Assembly (NCBI GenBank): GCA_051439605.1 | Contig: JBFRWN010000017.1 | Location: 1-64,000 of the forward strand | Direction of reading: 5' to 3' | Source: Synechococcus sp. | GTDB taxonomy: Bacteria; Cyanobacteriota; Cyanobacteriia; Thermostichales; PCC-7336 | DNA length: 64,000 nucleotides | Shown here: positions 33,280-44,234 of the stretch, piece by piece | How the letters are laid out: the number at the start of each line of letters is the position of its first letter | Position numbering within the stretch: the stretch's first letter is position 1 | Position numbers and translations under genes: made by a program | Notes under the pieces: model-generated | Databases searched by the model: none | Told to the model about the DNA's origin: nothing | Seen by the model: only the letters and a program-made list of their open reading frames with translations

Positions 33280-34440
33280 ATGGCAATTATTTCCTCCCAA
33301 TCCGGGAAAAACTCCGATCGCCCCCCCAAGCGATCCAAACCATCCACAGATACAACTGGCGTACATTTGGGTCAGGGCAAGGATGAGTCTCTTCTCCATC
33401 CTCAGGCACAGCCCAGCGATGATTCAGTTCAGCGTATGGGCGCAACAGATACCCTGCAAGAGAGCAATTCTGCATCGGACAATTCCCTTCGTCCTCAGTC
33501 ACTATCAGAGTACATCGGTCAGCGGGAATTGAAAGAGGTGTTGGGGATTGCTATTGCAGCTGCTCAAGCTCGGACTGAGCCCCTCGATCATCTGCTATTC
33601 TACGGTCCCCCTGGATTGGGAAAGACCACGGTTTGTGCTGCGCTGGCCCACGAGATGGGGGTAAAAATGCACATGACCAGTGCACCGGCTCTGGAGGGGG
33701 CGAAAGATATTGCTGGATATCTCGTCAATCTCAAATTGGGGGATATTTTATTCATCGACGAGATTCACCGATTGCCGAAGGTGACAGAAGAGATGCTGTA
33801 CCCGGCGATGGAGGATTTTCGATTGGATATCACGGTGGGGAAGGGGCGTTCTGCGCGGGTGACCAGTTTGAAGCTGCCTCGCTTCACGTTGGTCGGGGCC
33901 ACCACAAAAGTAGGTGCGCTTACGGCACCGCTACGAGATCGGTTTGGATTGGTGCAACGGCTGAGATTTTATGAAACGGAAGAGCTAGTGGAGATTGTGC
34001 TGCGCACTGCGCGGCTGCTGGACACCGCGACCGATCGCTCGGGGGCTAATGAGATTGCTCGCCGCTCTCGCGGTACCCCCCGGATTGCCAATCGGTTGTT
34101 CAAACGGGTCCGGGACTACGCACAAGTGAAAAGGGATGGGAGAATCGATGGCGAGCTGGCTGGTACCGCCTTAGAGCTATTCAATGTGGACCCGCTGGGA
34201 TTGGATTGGACGGATCGCAAGCTACTGAAAATGATGATTGAGAATTTTGATGGAGGGCCGGTGGGGCTGGATACGATGGCTGCAGCCACCGGAGAGGATT
34301 CTCAAACCATTGAGGAGGTTTACGAACCGTATTTATTACAAATTGGTTTTTTGCAGAGAACCGCTCGCGGTCGCGTGGTTACTGCGGCCGCCTTACAGCA
34401 TTTAGGATATGAAGTGAATCTTCCGCTGAATTTGTGGTGA
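33280..34440 (+). CDS. ruvB: Holliday junction branch migration helicase
   Basis: [33 protein letters not shown]. Confidence 0.97.
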   Translation: MAIISSQSGKNSDRPPKRSKPSTDTTGVHLGQGKDESLLHPQAQPSDDSVQRMGATDTLQESNSASDNSLRPQSLSEYIGQRELKEVLGIAIAAAQARTEPLDHLLFYGPPGLGKTTVCAALAHEMGVKMHMTSAPALEGAKDIAGYLVNLKLGDILFIDEIHRLPKVTEEMLYPAMEDFRLDITVGKGRSARVTSLKLPRFTLVGATTKVGALTAPLRDRFGLVQRLRFYETEELVEIVLRTARLLDTATDRSGANEIARRSRGTPRIANRLFKRVRDYAQVKRDGRIDGELAGTALELFNVDPLGLDWTDRKLLKMMIENFDGGPVGLDTMAAATGEDSQTIEEVYEPYLLQIGFLQRTARGRVVTAAALQHLGYEVNLPLNLW

Positions 34441-34719
34441 TGAGGTTATTTGATGCCTGGGCCGAAACAACACCATATAGCCAGACCTATAGCCTTTGAC
34501 ATTTTAGTTAGGAAGTAGATCTCTAAGCCCGATCGTGGATTGGGATAGCGAAAATATCCTAAGCGACTTGACGGTCGCTATAGTATTTGTGCCGTTTCAT
34601 TCACCATCAAATTTCTAGCCGACTTTTACACTTACGACAAAAAACCTGCTCGCAAACGAGCAGGTGAAAAGTAGGTAATTGGCTTACGGCCCAATAGGCT
34701 TGATACGCAATCGGATTCC

Positions 34720-36324
34720 TCAGGCAGCCGCAGCAGTCAAAGGACGATAGCTGCGGTAGTTGATATCGGGGAAGATGTTGTCCATATATTCCACACTTTC
34801 CAACCACTGTTTATCCAACTTGCCAGCATTCAAGGAGTCGTAAATCCGGTTAAAGCGCAGTAGATGGGACCTCGTCCGCCGCACCGCATAAGGTACCATC
34901 GTTCCCGTTTTCATGATGAAGGCCCAGTCCGAGGATTGTGCCAGCAGCAACTCCCGTGCAGCTTGGTTCAACGCTCGCCATTCCAGCTCGTCAGCCGGTT
35001 CGCGATAGCTGAGCTCGATCATACGCTCGGCTGCCTTATGTAGGTGGGGATAAATCCAAGAGTTGGTCTCATTTAACCAATATTCGTGGAATCCTTTAGC
35101 TCCCCAGCTAGATTGGGCGGGGCGACAAACCTGCTGGGTGGGATTCTCTTGCAGGTATTCTGCCAGGTGGGTCATGCGGAAGGTGTTTTGGTCGTAGTGG
35201 CTCTTGCGTATGAAGTAGTCGATGAACCAAGGTCCCTCAAACCACCAGTGACCAAATAACTCGGCATCGTAGGGAGAAACTACAATTGGAGGGCGGCCCA
35301 TGATTCCGGACAAATTCTCGATTTGACGTTCGCGGTTGAACATGAAATTCCCTGCATGCTCTGCCGCCTTCTCTCTCGCCCAGTAGGGATCGTAGAGTTG
35401 CTTATCTCCTAAACCTAGACCACGACCGGTGATCTTGTGGTACTTAATGCCCGTGTTCTTGCGCTGACCGTTAGGCATGATGTAGGGCTTGATGTACTCG
35501 TAATCTGCTTCAAACCCCAAATCTTTATAAAACTCGCGATAAACGGGATCGCCGGGGTAACCCACCTGCGCTGACCACACCTGCTGAGATGACTCGTGAT
35601 CGCGACCGAACACTGCCGCACCAGACTCTGTGAAGATGGGGGCGTAGGTGCCAAATTTTGGTCGGGGCTTGGCGTAAAGCACACCGTGACCGTCCGTCAG
35701 CAAGTAACGGAGGCCCACATCGGCAATCATGCGCTCCAGGCCAGGATAGTAGGCGCATTCCGGTAGCCAAATGCCACGGGGCCAGCGGCCAAAGTTATCG
35801 TTGTAGTGTTGGCAAGCAACTTCTAGCTGCGCCCAGACCGCTTCGGGGTACATCTGCATCAGGGGCAGGTAGCCGTGGGTAGCACCACAGGTAATAATTT
35901 CTAAATTGCCAGCGTCCTGAAACTTCTTGAACGCCAATACGAGATCGCCATCGTAGCGCTCCCACAGATCCCGTATCTTATAAAATTCTTCAACGTAAAA
36001 CTCGGCTAGGTACTTGACGTGACCGTGGGTGACGTTACGCTCGGCCTCTAGCTGTGCCAGTTCCTCTAGCTTGCTGAGGTATTCGTCAAATCGCTCCTGT
36101 AGCAGTGGGTCCCGCAACATTGACACCAAAGGCGGTGTCATTGACATGGTAAGGCGGAAATCAATCCCATCGCGCTCTAGGCCCTCAAACATGAGCAGGA
36201 GGGGGATGTAGGTCTCGGCGATGGCTTCAAACAGCCAATCTTCTTCTAAGACAAAATCCTGTTCTGGATGACGAACAAACGGTAGGTGAGCGTGTAAAAC
36301 CAGCGCGAAATAACCTTGGGACAT
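34720..36324 (-). CDS. GH57 (DUF1957) glycoside hydrolase, branching-enzyme type
   Basis: LHAHLPFVRH, WLPECAY, YDAELFGHWWFEG, LLLAQSSDWAF; ATG at 36324 with GGAGG Shine-Dalgarno. Confidence 0.92.
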   Translation of the reverse strand: MSQGYFALVLHAHLPFVRHPEQDFVLEEDWLFEAIAETYIPLLLMFEGLERDGIDFRLTMSMTPPLVSMLRDPLLQERFDEYLSKLEELAQLEAERNVTHGHVKYLAEFYVEEFYKIRDLWERYDGDLVLAFKKFQDAGNLEIITCGATHGYLPLMQMYPEAVWAQLEVACQHYNDNFGRWPRGIWLPECAYYPGLERMIADVGLRYLLTDGHGVLYAKPRPKFGTYAPIFTESGAAVFGRDHESSQQVWSAQVGYPGDPVYREFYKDLGFEADYEYIKPYIMPNGQRKNTGIKYHKITGRGLGLGDKQLYDPYWAREKAAEHAGNFMFNRERQIENLSGIMGRPPIVVSPYDAELFGHWWFEGPWFIDYFIRKSHYDQNTFRMTHLAEYLQENPTQQVCRPAQSSWGAKGFHEYWLNETNSWIYPHLHKAAERMIELSYREPADELEWRALNQAARELLLAQSSDWAFIMKTGTMVPYAVRRTRSHLLRFNRIYDSLNAGKLDKQWLESVEYMDNIFPDINYRSYRPLTAAAA

Positions 36325-36629
36325 GAAAACCTCCGAATACAGCTGTGGACATTTCAAACAGGGGGCTGGTTCAAGAAATAATCCAAGCGGCTTGAGGGCC
36401 GCCAAACCTAGAACAAAGCGGGCAAGTGCTACCTCTTCGAGAGTTTGCAGCAGCTTGCCCGCCTAGTCATCACCTCACGCAACTTGTCCGCTACCGGTCA
36501 GCCTTCACACCATTGGCTGACTTGGGGTTGTTTTCCATGCTGGGGCTGTAGCCGGTTGCATGTCCAGCGGGGACTAGCCCCAGTTTGAGGGAAAACAGCG
36601 CGGATTAGAAGGACCCTCGCACGAATCCT

Positions 36630-37865
36630 CTAAAAGAATTCTTCGACAGCTTCTTCCTTGGTGTTGGTGCGTCGAGCAGGGGTAGAGCGATCGAAGGTCA
36701 TGTGAACTTCGCGATTTTGCTCGCCGTCGGCCGCCACAGCAAAGATTGGGAAGTCAATATTGCCATCGGGGAATGCCATGTGGAAGCGGAAGGTGCCATC
36801 GGGGTTGAGCTCGATCTTGCGACCGCCAACAGTTACGGTGGCATCGGGCTCGGTAGCTCCGTAAACAATCAGTTCAGCATCAGCCACCAACCAGAACTTG
36901 CGAGAACGTTGGGGTAACGACTCAGACGCACCAGAGAACAAGCCCAGGCCAGACCCCGAAGCCATCCATGGGGCAAAAGATTCGATCGCCGCACCAGAGG
37001 GGAAAACAAAAGAGCTGACCGTTTCTTCCGGCACCATCTGCATGCTACCGAACAGAGATCCGGCAACGTGCTGACTCTCCAAGCCACCAGCCAGCTTGAA
37101 GGTTTCGCCGGTAACGGAATCGTCGCCTGCCAACTTGGGAGCATTCCCCCACATGCCAGCCCGCTTATATGGCTCGTGTAGCTTGTAGATGGTCTTGCCG
37201 TTGAGGTCCATGTCGAAGGGAACGGTGACGAAGATGTCCTCGATCCAATCGGAGGGATAAGTGGGGGGAACGGTGACGGAGGCAGAGGTGGCTAGTGACA
37301 ACCAGCGGCCGTCAGCAGTGCGGTAGCCCACCTGAACGATGTAGGAGCGATCGCTAACGGGAATAGGAAGGTACCACTCGCGGGCCAGCTCGTCGATGGG
37401 GAACTCTTGTAGGCTGTGATAGCCCTGAGTGTCAAAGTCTAGGTCGGTGACGTCGTAGAGGCGTAAAGCCAGTTGTTGGCCCCCTTGGCGACGCAGCTCC
37501 TCCTTGTGATCGTTGGGGACATCCCAATAGGCGTATGCCCACTGGGGGTCGCGGGGCAACAACATGATGCGGCTTTCGCCATAGCCACCGGGCAAATCGC
37601 CCAGTTCGGCATCGACGTCGCTCAGTTCGGGGATATCGCGAACACCACCAGCATGAAACTTGTTTGCGCTGACAGTGTCTTGCGTGGCCATCTCGGGGGC
37701 AGGCATGTTGCCGGCAGATGAGGATGCTTGAGCTTCGGCAACCTGAATTGCCTTTACCAGCTCTTCTTTGCGCATGCGGCTGTAGCGGGAGACAGAGTAT
37801 TCGGATGCGAGTACGCGCAGTTGGCGTAGCGTTAGCTGGTCTAAGGGGGGGTGGTCAGTGGCCAT
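36630..37865 (-). CDS. DUF4912 protein with N-terminal Rho_N-like domain
   Basis: LTLRQLR..ASEY..SRYSRMRK.EL; LLPRDPQWAYAYWD; FWLVADAELIVYGATEP. Confidence 0.88.
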   Translation of the reverse strand: MATDHPPLDQLTLRQLRVLASEYSVSRYSRMRKEELVKAIQVAEAQASSSAGNMPAPEMATQDTVSANKFHAGGVRDIPELSDVDAELGDLPGGYGESRIMLLPRDPQWAYAYWDVPNDHKEELRRQGGQQLALRLYDVTDLDFDTQGYHSLQEFPIDELAREWYLPIPVSDRSYIVQVGYRTADGRWLSLATSASVTVPPTYPSDWIEDIFVTVPFDMDLNGKTIYKLHEPYKRAGMWGNAPKLAGDDSVTGETFKLAGGLESQHVAGSLFGSMQMVPEETVSSFVFPSGAAIESFAPWMASGSGLGLFSGASESLPQRSRKFWLVADAELIVYGATEPDATVTVGGRKIELNPDGTFRFHMAFPDGNIDFPIFAVAADGEQNREVHMTFDRSTPARRTNTKEEAVEEFF

Positions 37866-38279
37866 GATGCAGACTTACCTAAGTGCTTCCGTGAGAATTG
37901 ATGTTTGCAGGGGTCGAGGAGGTATTCGGCGTGGAGACGCGTCTATCAACAAATCAAGTGAATGAAGTTCAAACGAATAAATCGGGATGAGGACAACAGA
38001 ACCTTGTCGGATTCTGTTTTTTTTCCCTCGGGTTGACCCGCGCAATCTCCTTAGGGGATCGTTTGGGATCGCTTAATATGTCTCCATAATGCACAGACCT
38101 TTTGGAATGGTCAAGTGCAAGGGGATCGAAGGGGATCGTCATTTGGCCTCAGGGATCGGTGATTTCCCTACGTTGCATAGCTTTTTATATGGCTTTAACC
38201 GATCTTGCTGTAACAGAGGGTGAGTGTGGCTGAAAGCAAAGCTGATAGGGTCATAATCTGGACAGGGTGGTTGAACGAG

Positions 38280-38693
38280 ATGGCATTTGAATACCGACGA
38301 ACCATTCGGTTTTCAGACACAGATGCTGCTGGGGTGATGTACTTTTCGGTCGCCTTCTCGATTTGTCATGAAGCTTACGAGGCATCTCTAGGGGCTATGG
38401 ATGTTGATTTAAGGCATTTTTTTAGTAGAGAGGGGCCGACTATAGTACCAGTCGTACATGCGGAGGCGGACTACTTACGTCCCCTCTATTGCGGAGATGA
38501 AGTGGTGGTTGTCGTGAAGCCGCGATTGCTATCAGAGAACAGCTTTGCCGTTACCTATCATTGGGTAAAAGGGAGCGATCGAAAAATCTCCATCTGCAAG
38601 GCCGAGACTCAGCACGTGCAGATCGATTCCCAAAAACTTCAAAGAATTCCGTTAGTGTCAGAGTTGCGGAATTGGTTGCAGCATTGGAGTTAG
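38280..38693 (+). CDS. 1,4-dihydroxy-2-naphthoyl-CoA thioesterase (hotdog fold)
   Basis: RTIRFSDTDAAGVMYF...CHEAYE; adjacent to menE. Confidence 0.85.
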   Translation: MAFEYRRTIRFSDTDAAGVMYFSVAFSICHEAYEASLGAMDVDLRHFFSREGPTIVPVVHAEADYLRPLYCGDEVVVVVKPRLLSENSFAVTYHWVKGSDRKISICKAETQHVQIDSQKLQRIPLVSELRNWLQHWS

Positions 38694-38712
38694 AGACTGT
38701 TGAGCAATTCTG

Positions 38713-40194
38713 TCACCTGCTTGATGCTGGTGTTTCAGGAAGGAATGGCTCCTTATTCGAGTCCAACTTGATTGATGAATGTCCATAGAGGGGACGCGCT
38801 TGCTGCGCTAGATTTTGCAAGATTTGGCGATCGATCTTGCCGCGATCGTTACGAGGAAGGACCTTCACCGCCATCCACCGTTTAGGGCGTTTGTAACGAG
38901 CTAACAGCGGTGCGGCTAGTTCGGCAACCTCTTCCAGCGTGGTTCCATCCCCGGACAAGACGCACAATGCCGACACGGCTTCCCCCCAGTCCTCGTCGGG
39001 GAGTCCCAGCACGGCGACGTCCTCCACCAGTTGGGTGCTGCGGATAGCTGATTCTACCTCAACAGGATAGACATTTTCCCCACCAGTCAAAATCTTGTCG
39101 CTATTGCGCCCCAATACATGTAGGTATCCAACATCGTCCAAAAAACCAATGTCATCGGTTACCCAGCTTGGGTTTTCCTGTTGCCGGTCCGCCACCCCAG
39201 ACTCCCAGCGCTTGGGGAAATAACCCAGTGCAAGAGAAGATGCTTGAATGGCGATGCGGCCAGTTTTGTTAGGAGAAAGAGGGCGATCGTGCTTGTCCAA
39301 GATCTGGATACTGACGTGGGGAAGAGGCGGGGCACAACCCTGTTTCCCAGCAAGAAATTCATAAGGTAACAGCGTTGCCAGTTGGGATGCGGTTTCAGTG
39401 GCTCCGTAGGTGGGGGCTAGGGGAAGGTAGGCCGAACGAGCTTGCTCGAGCAAAGCGGGCCAGGCAGGTGCTCCCCCTAGCAAAATGGCTTCGCATTGGG
39501 ACAGCCAGCTTGTCACTTTGAGATTGGTCATAGCCCGCTTGAGCTGAGTCGGAACAAGCGAGATAAACCAGCCAGGGTTTGGCAGATTGCAGTACTCACC
39601 GGAGAGGAAACGACTCGACTGACCAATATATAATTGTCCGCCTGTCATCAGCGATCGCACGAATTGCATAAATCCACTCACGTGAAAGAGGGGGAGTAAG
39701 CAAAAGGAGTGAATGGGCGATCGGTCAAAATGCTGCTGAAATCCAGCGGTAGATTGAGTCAAGGTGTGCCAGGTGTGGCTGGCGAATTTGATCCTGCCGG
39801 AGGTTCCCCCCGTGGGGATGCAGATGAGGGGACTCTGTTGCCGATCGGGGGGTGACGTGGGATCCGGCGTTATGTGGGCATAGCCCACAATGGCATGGGG
39901 ATGCATTAGGGTTTGAGCCTGTTGCCATTCCTGCTGGCCCCAATCGGGATTACAGAAAAAGACGCTATGTCCAGCAGAGTGGATGGCAGTAAAGTTCGCT
40001 AAAAAACGAACGGGGTTATCGTTCGCCAATGCAACGCGGTACCGAACTTGGGGAGAGCTCTCTAGGTGCTTGAATTGTGCTTGAGCCTCTGCCAAATAGC
40101 GATAGAACTGGTGGTTGTCGGCATGATTTAGCCAGTTAGTTACTGGCTGTGCTTCTATTCGGTCGAGGACTCCAGCCATAAACAGTCCGGCCAA
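38713..40194 (-). CDS. menE: o-succinylbenzoate-CoA ligase
   Basis: TGGTSG, YGATETAS, TGGENVYP.EVE; directly downstream of menC. Confidence 0.9.
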   Translation of the reverse strand: MAGLFMAGVLDRIEAQPVTNWLNHADNHQFYRYLAEAQAQFKHLESSPQVRYRVALANDNPVRFLANFTAIHSAGHSVFFCNPDWGQQEWQQAQTLMHPHAIVGYAHITPDPTSPPDRQQSPLICIPTGGTSGRIKFASHTWHTLTQSTAGFQQHFDRSPIHSFCLLPLFHVSGFMQFVRSLMTGGQLYIGQSSRFLSGEYCNLPNPGWFISLVPTQLKRAMTNLKVTSWLSQCEAILLGGAPAWPALLEQARSAYLPLAPTYGATETASQLATLLPYEFLAGKQGCAPPLPHVSIQILDKHDRPLSPNKTGRIAIQASSLALGYFPKRWESGVADRQQENPSWVTDDIGFLDDVGYLHVLGRNSDKILTGGENVYPVEVESAIRSTQLVEDVAVLGLPDEDWGEAVSALCVLSGDGTTLEEVAELAAPLLARYKRPKRWMAVKVLPRNDRGKIDRQILQNLAQQARPLYGHSSIKLDSNKEPFLPETPASSR

Positions 40195-41135
40195 TTGTCA
40201 GGAATGGGTTGTAGGAGGTGGTCGATGCCGAATCCGATCGCCCGATGGCTATCTAAGGTACGGGCAAGTGTCACGCAGGCTCCCTGCCCCACCGGGCTTT
40301 CGAGCGATGAAGATAGCACCACATCCAGCTGATGCTCTAAACAAAAGCGACTGACTTTTGATGGGGAGCCGCAGATGGCGGGCTTAATGACGTAGATACC
40401 TCGCCAACCCTGATGGTAGCAACAGTGTAAACCCTGCAGAGTGGCGACGGATTCGTCCAGTGCTATCGGAGTCATAAATGCTTGGTCGAGCTGAAGCAGC
40501 GTTCTAAATTCTGAGGGGGGGAGCGGTTGCTCCAAAAATTCGATGTCTAGGCGATCGCATAGCTGTAGCCATTGCACCGCTCCATCCGCATCAAATCCTC
40601 CGTTGGCATCCAAACGCAATCCGATGTGCGCCGGCAGTGCGGCTCGCAACTGCTGAAGCCAACCCTGTTCCTGACTGGGGGAGGCAAGCCCAATCTTCCA
40701 CTTCAAGGTGGTGTGACCTTGCTGCAGCAGTAATGGAAAGGCTTCTAAAGCCAAGTGCCCCGAGGGGAGAAGGCCACAGATGTCTAACATCGATTGGACT
40801 TCATTTTGATTTGAACGCTCTGTGTCTATGGCATGCCAGGCGGACTCTAGAGCAAACTGACAAGCGGGCAGGCGATTGGGAATCGCATCGAGTTGCTCAG
40901 GACTCCACTCACCCTCTAAGCTGCGGCAAAAGTCTAACGCTTCTGATAAAGACTCGGACCCAAACCAAGGAATGGGGGCAATTTCACCATATCCTACTGT
41001 CCCTTGGGGATGGGTGATGCGAACAATGGCTCCCTCGCGAATGGACCATTTACCGTGGCTAGTGAGCAAGGGTTGCTTGAAGAGGCGGCGATAGGTGCGG
41101 ATATCGAGCTGATAGCAGTTGGGGGAAGAGGTCAT
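40155..41135 (-). CDS. menC: o-succinylbenzoate synthase
   Basis: KWK, RLDANG, EQP, LDES enolase-superfamily motifs. ATG at 41135 preferred. Confidence 0.9.
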   Translation of the reverse strand: MTSSPNCYQLDIRTYRRLFKQPLLTSHGKWSIREGAIVRITHPQGTVGYGEIAPIPWFGSESLSEALDFCRSLEGEWSPEQLDAIPNRLPACQFALESAWHAIDTERSNQNEVQSMLDICGLLPSGHLALEAFPLLLQQGHTTLKWKIGLASPSQEQGWLQQLRAALPAHIGLRLDANGGFDADGAVQWLQLCDRLDIEFLEQPLPPSEFRTLLQLDQAFMTPIALDESVATLQGLHCCYHQGWRGIYVIKPAICGSPSKVSRFCLEHQLDVVLSSSLESPVGQGACVTLARTLDSHRAIGFGIDHLLQPIPDNWPDCLWLESSTE

Positions 41136-41225
41136 GGCAGAGGAGGATCGTGGGGGCCAACCCATGAGTCGTATAGAAGTAATTGGCTTTGATGTTGCCA
41201 ATCATCCAGCCAATCGTGTCTGCGT

Positions 41226-42095
41226 CTATTCGATATAGCCCGTTAATGCGGCCAAAATCAGAAATGTGCCCATTGCTATGCGGTAGGCCACAAATACGTC
41301 GGTACTTCGCTTTTGGAGAAATTTGAGCAACCAATCGATAGAGAGGTAAGAAAATACCAGCGCTGAAAGGGTACCCATTACCTGCGCTGGGATACCCTCG
41401 GGGGAATAGCTCGCGATAAATTCTACGAGACCAGCCAGAGTTAATGCTGGGATGCCTAGCAAAAAAGCAAATCTGGCCGCCATTTCCCGCTTCATACCCA
41501 GAAATAATCCGGTGGTAATGGTAGCTCCCGAGCGAGAGACTCCGGGGATAATAGCCATTGCTTGAGCCAGTCCAACTGCGAGACCGTCCGAGATCCGAAT
41601 CTGGGCCAGCGTACGCTCTTGCTTATCCGCACGATCTCCCCAAGCCATCAAGATACCGACCCCAATTAAAGCAATGCCAATCACCGTTAGCTGGCGAGGG
41701 GGGGATCCCATCCATGTTTTCACGGCCAACCCTAAGATCACAATCGGCAGAGTTCCCAGCATCACCCCAACAAAGGTGCGAAATTCTGGGGTGTGCCATT
41801 TGCGATGGCGAATGGACAGGATGGTTCCCGTCAGTACCAGTTTCAAGTCATATGCAAAGTAGGCCAATACAGCCATCACGCTACCTAACTGAATGACTGC
41901 TGAGAAAGAAACCCCGAAGTCCGGCCATCCCATGAGTGCAGGCAAAATACGCAGGTGTGCGGTACTGCTGATCGGTAGGAACTCGGTCAGTCCCTGCAGC
42001 ATTCCCATCAAAAATGCTTGCCAAAGATTGGGCTGTTGGACGGCTGCTGCAATTTCAAATGCAGGCATATCAAAAGCCAAAAGATTCGATGTCAA
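41226..42095 (-). CDS. uppP: Undecaprenyl-diphosphate phosphatase
   Basis: QGLTEFLPISSTAH, PGVSRSGATI. Confidence 0.95.
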   Translation of the reverse strand: MTSNLLAFDMPAFEIAAAVQQPNLWQAFLMGMLQGLTEFLPISSTAHLRILPALMGWPDFGVSFSAVIQLGSVMAVLAYFAYDLKLVLTGTILSIRHRKWHTPEFRTFVGVMLGTLPIVILGLAVKTWMGSPPRQLTVIGIALIGVGILMAWGDRADKQERTLAQIRISDGLAVGLAQAMAIIPGVSRSGATITTGLFLGMKREMAARFAFLLGIPALTLAGLVEFIASYSPEGIPAQVMGTLSALVFSYLSIDWLLKFLQKRSTDVFVAYRIAMGTFLILAALTGYIE

Positions 42096-42493
42096 TCCCT
42101 TTTCCCCATCGAACGGAAGTTTACCTGATGCTGGGGGATCGATGTGCTCCCTCTATCCAAAGACATTGCCACGGCGACTGGAAATCGCGATGTTACAATA
42201 AATACATACAATGGCCTTATCGTGTCAACTATACTGCATTGACAGGTTGGTAAACGCTCTAAGAGTTGTTGAAGCGCAAGTCTTTGATGCAGCGATACTT
42301 GATTGAAATCGATCTTGCCAAATTTTGGCTGACAAGTGATGGGCTAGCTTTATCCTTTAATCAAAGCAGCTTAGGGAGCATACGAACGACTTTCCAGTCA
42401 CTGCGGATAGTTCAGGACCCACCCTGACTAACTAGAAATCCAAAGTCACCATAGAACTGTGCATAGCGATCGCAACCTTACAGCGATCGCCCA

Positions 42494-43066
42494 TCAAGAG
42501 CGTCGAGAGAAGGGAGCATCAAAGCTCACGTTCCACTCGCCAAGCCATCGAAATGTTGGGTTTGCTTCTGTTCCCCTAACGCGTGCTTGAATGCGATAAA
42601 AACCGGGATCTTTCGGGTTGCGTACACCGGGAAGAACCACTCTCATTTCTTGCCCAGCTGCAACTGGTTGGGTTAGGACAACTTCTAGGACGTTAAATTC
42701 TTCAGACCAAGAAATTAAATCGGTCTCAACTGGCTCTCCTTCCACCTCAAAACGCGCGCGCTCGGGATTGATTGTGCCGTCAAATTTTGGTTCGAAACTG
42801 ACTAGAACTTCTGCAACAGCGACGTCTTGGGCTGGGATCGTTAGCTTGTAGCGATCGCGCTTGCGGGTAATTCCGTTATCGGTGCTGTGGCGCAGAATTT
42901 GATCGCGTTCGACCGGGCAAACGAGGCAGAAACCTGATTGGGCATTGGCTGCTTTGGGGCCAATGACTCTCAGACCAACTATTGTTGCACTGGCCCCTGC
43001 TATTAGTAGGCTAATGGCTGCGGCAGCAATAGATTTGGGTAAAAAACGCTGCATGGTTTCGTTCAC
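42494..43066 (-). CDS. DUF2808 family exported protein
   Basis: Signal peptide; PV.AG......L..VRNP...G.Y motif. Confidence 0.7.
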   Translation of the reverse strand: MNETMQRFLPKSIAAAAISLLIAGASATIVGLRVIGPKAANAQSGFCLVCPVERDQILRHSTDNGITRKRDRYKLTIPAQDVAVAEVLVSFEPKFDGTINPERARFEVEGEPVETDLISWSEEFNVLEVVLTQPVAAGQEMRVVLPGVRNPKDPGFYRIQARVRGTEANPTFRWLGEWNVSFDAPFSRRS

Positions 43067-43131
43067 TCTCTTAACATAACAACGGAGCAGGCAAAGTTTT
43101 TTTATTGTAGGCGATCGATTCGGATGCAGTT

Positions 43132-44139
43132 ATGCCAGCAACCGCAATAGCCGCTGCTATCAAGCAGATGGCCCTCGAACAGGGGTTTCATAAGGTAGGG
43201 ATCGCTCGGTTAGACGATCCCCCAGACTTATCGGGTCTGTCGCGCTGGTTGTCGGCCGGGTTCCAGGCGGATATGGCTTGGATGGACAACTCCAAACGAT
43301 TTCAGCCAGAGCTGATTTTGCCGAGGGCGCGATCGCTATTGTGCGTAGCCCTCAATTACTACAGCCCCCAACCCCATAGCGATCGGCCGCAAACGGGCAA
43401 AATATCCCGCTACGCCTGGGGGCGTGATTACCATCGCGTATTGGGGAAACGCCTGAAGGCTCTCTCTGCTTGGATGGAGGCTAAATACGATTGCCGGACA
43501 CGACTTTATGTCGATACTGGCCCCATTGCTGAAAAACCTTGGGCCATGCAAGCAGGGTTGGGTTGGATTGGCAAAAATAGCTTGTTGCTAACCCGCGAAT
43601 ATGGCTCCTGGCTTTTTTTGGGGGAAATTCTCACCACTCTCGATTTACCGGCCGATCTCCCTCATACTTCCCATTGTGGAACCTGCACAAAGTGTTTGGA
43701 TGCTTGTCCCACTGCAGCGATTGTGGAACCAGGCGTGGTGGATTCCAACCGCTGCATTGCCTACCACACTCTAGAAAGCCGTACTGACGAGTTACCATCC
43801 CTCATCACCCAAGATCAGCAAAACTGGGTAGCGGGTTGTGACATTTGTCAGGACGTTTGTCCGTGGAACCAGCGCTTTGCTCAACCAACTACTATTGAGG
43901 ACCTATACCCTTACCCACAAAATGTTGCCCCCTCTTTAATTGACCTAGTTCAAAGCAATGAAGCGGACTTTAACAGACGCTTTCCGGCCTCCGCGCTACG
44001 GCGATTAAAACTCAAGCGCTTGCAGAGGAACGCTCGTGGAGCTTTGAAGGGTCAGCAGCGATCGTGGGGAACCGATCCAGCCAATCGCTCTCTGCACGAC
44101 AAATTCCCAGATAATAACACCCCAAACAGGAGTTCCTAA
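43132..44139 (+). CDS. queG: Epoxyqueuosine reductase
   Basis: SRYAWGRDYH, AGLGWIGKN, CGTCTKCLDACPT, GCDICQDVCPWN. Confidence 0.95.
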   Translation: MPATAIAAAIKQMALEQGFHKVGIARLDDPPDLSGLSRWLSAGFQADMAWMDNSKRFQPELILPRARSLLCVALNYYSPQPHSDRPQTGKISRYAWGRDYHRVLGKRLKALSAWMEAKYDCRTRLYVDTGPIAEKPWAMQAGLGWIGKNSLLLTREYGSWLFLGEILTTLDLPADLPHTSHCGTCTKCLDACPTAAIVEPGVVDSNRCIAYHTLESRTDELPSLITQDQQNWVAGCDICQDVCPWNQRFAQPTTIEDLYPYPQNVAPSLIDLVQSNEADFNRRFPASALRRLKLKRLQRNARGALKGQQRSWGTDPANRSLHDKFPDNNTPNRSS

Positions 44140-44234
44140 ACGGCTGAAAGTGAGGGGAGGGAACTTCGATCGGACATACGCAAGTGGCCCCAGTTGGGGA
44201 ACAATAACCTGCGTAACTGACGGAAGAGAGCAAA

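Noticed and set aside
36541..36560. GGGGCTGTA as a tmRNA 5' end
   Set aside because: No following GGTTTCGAC motif, tag ORF or tRNA-like 3' end.
38280..41135. Partial men cluster with a convergent thioesterase
   Set aside because: A simple rearrangement of a known phylloquinone pathway.
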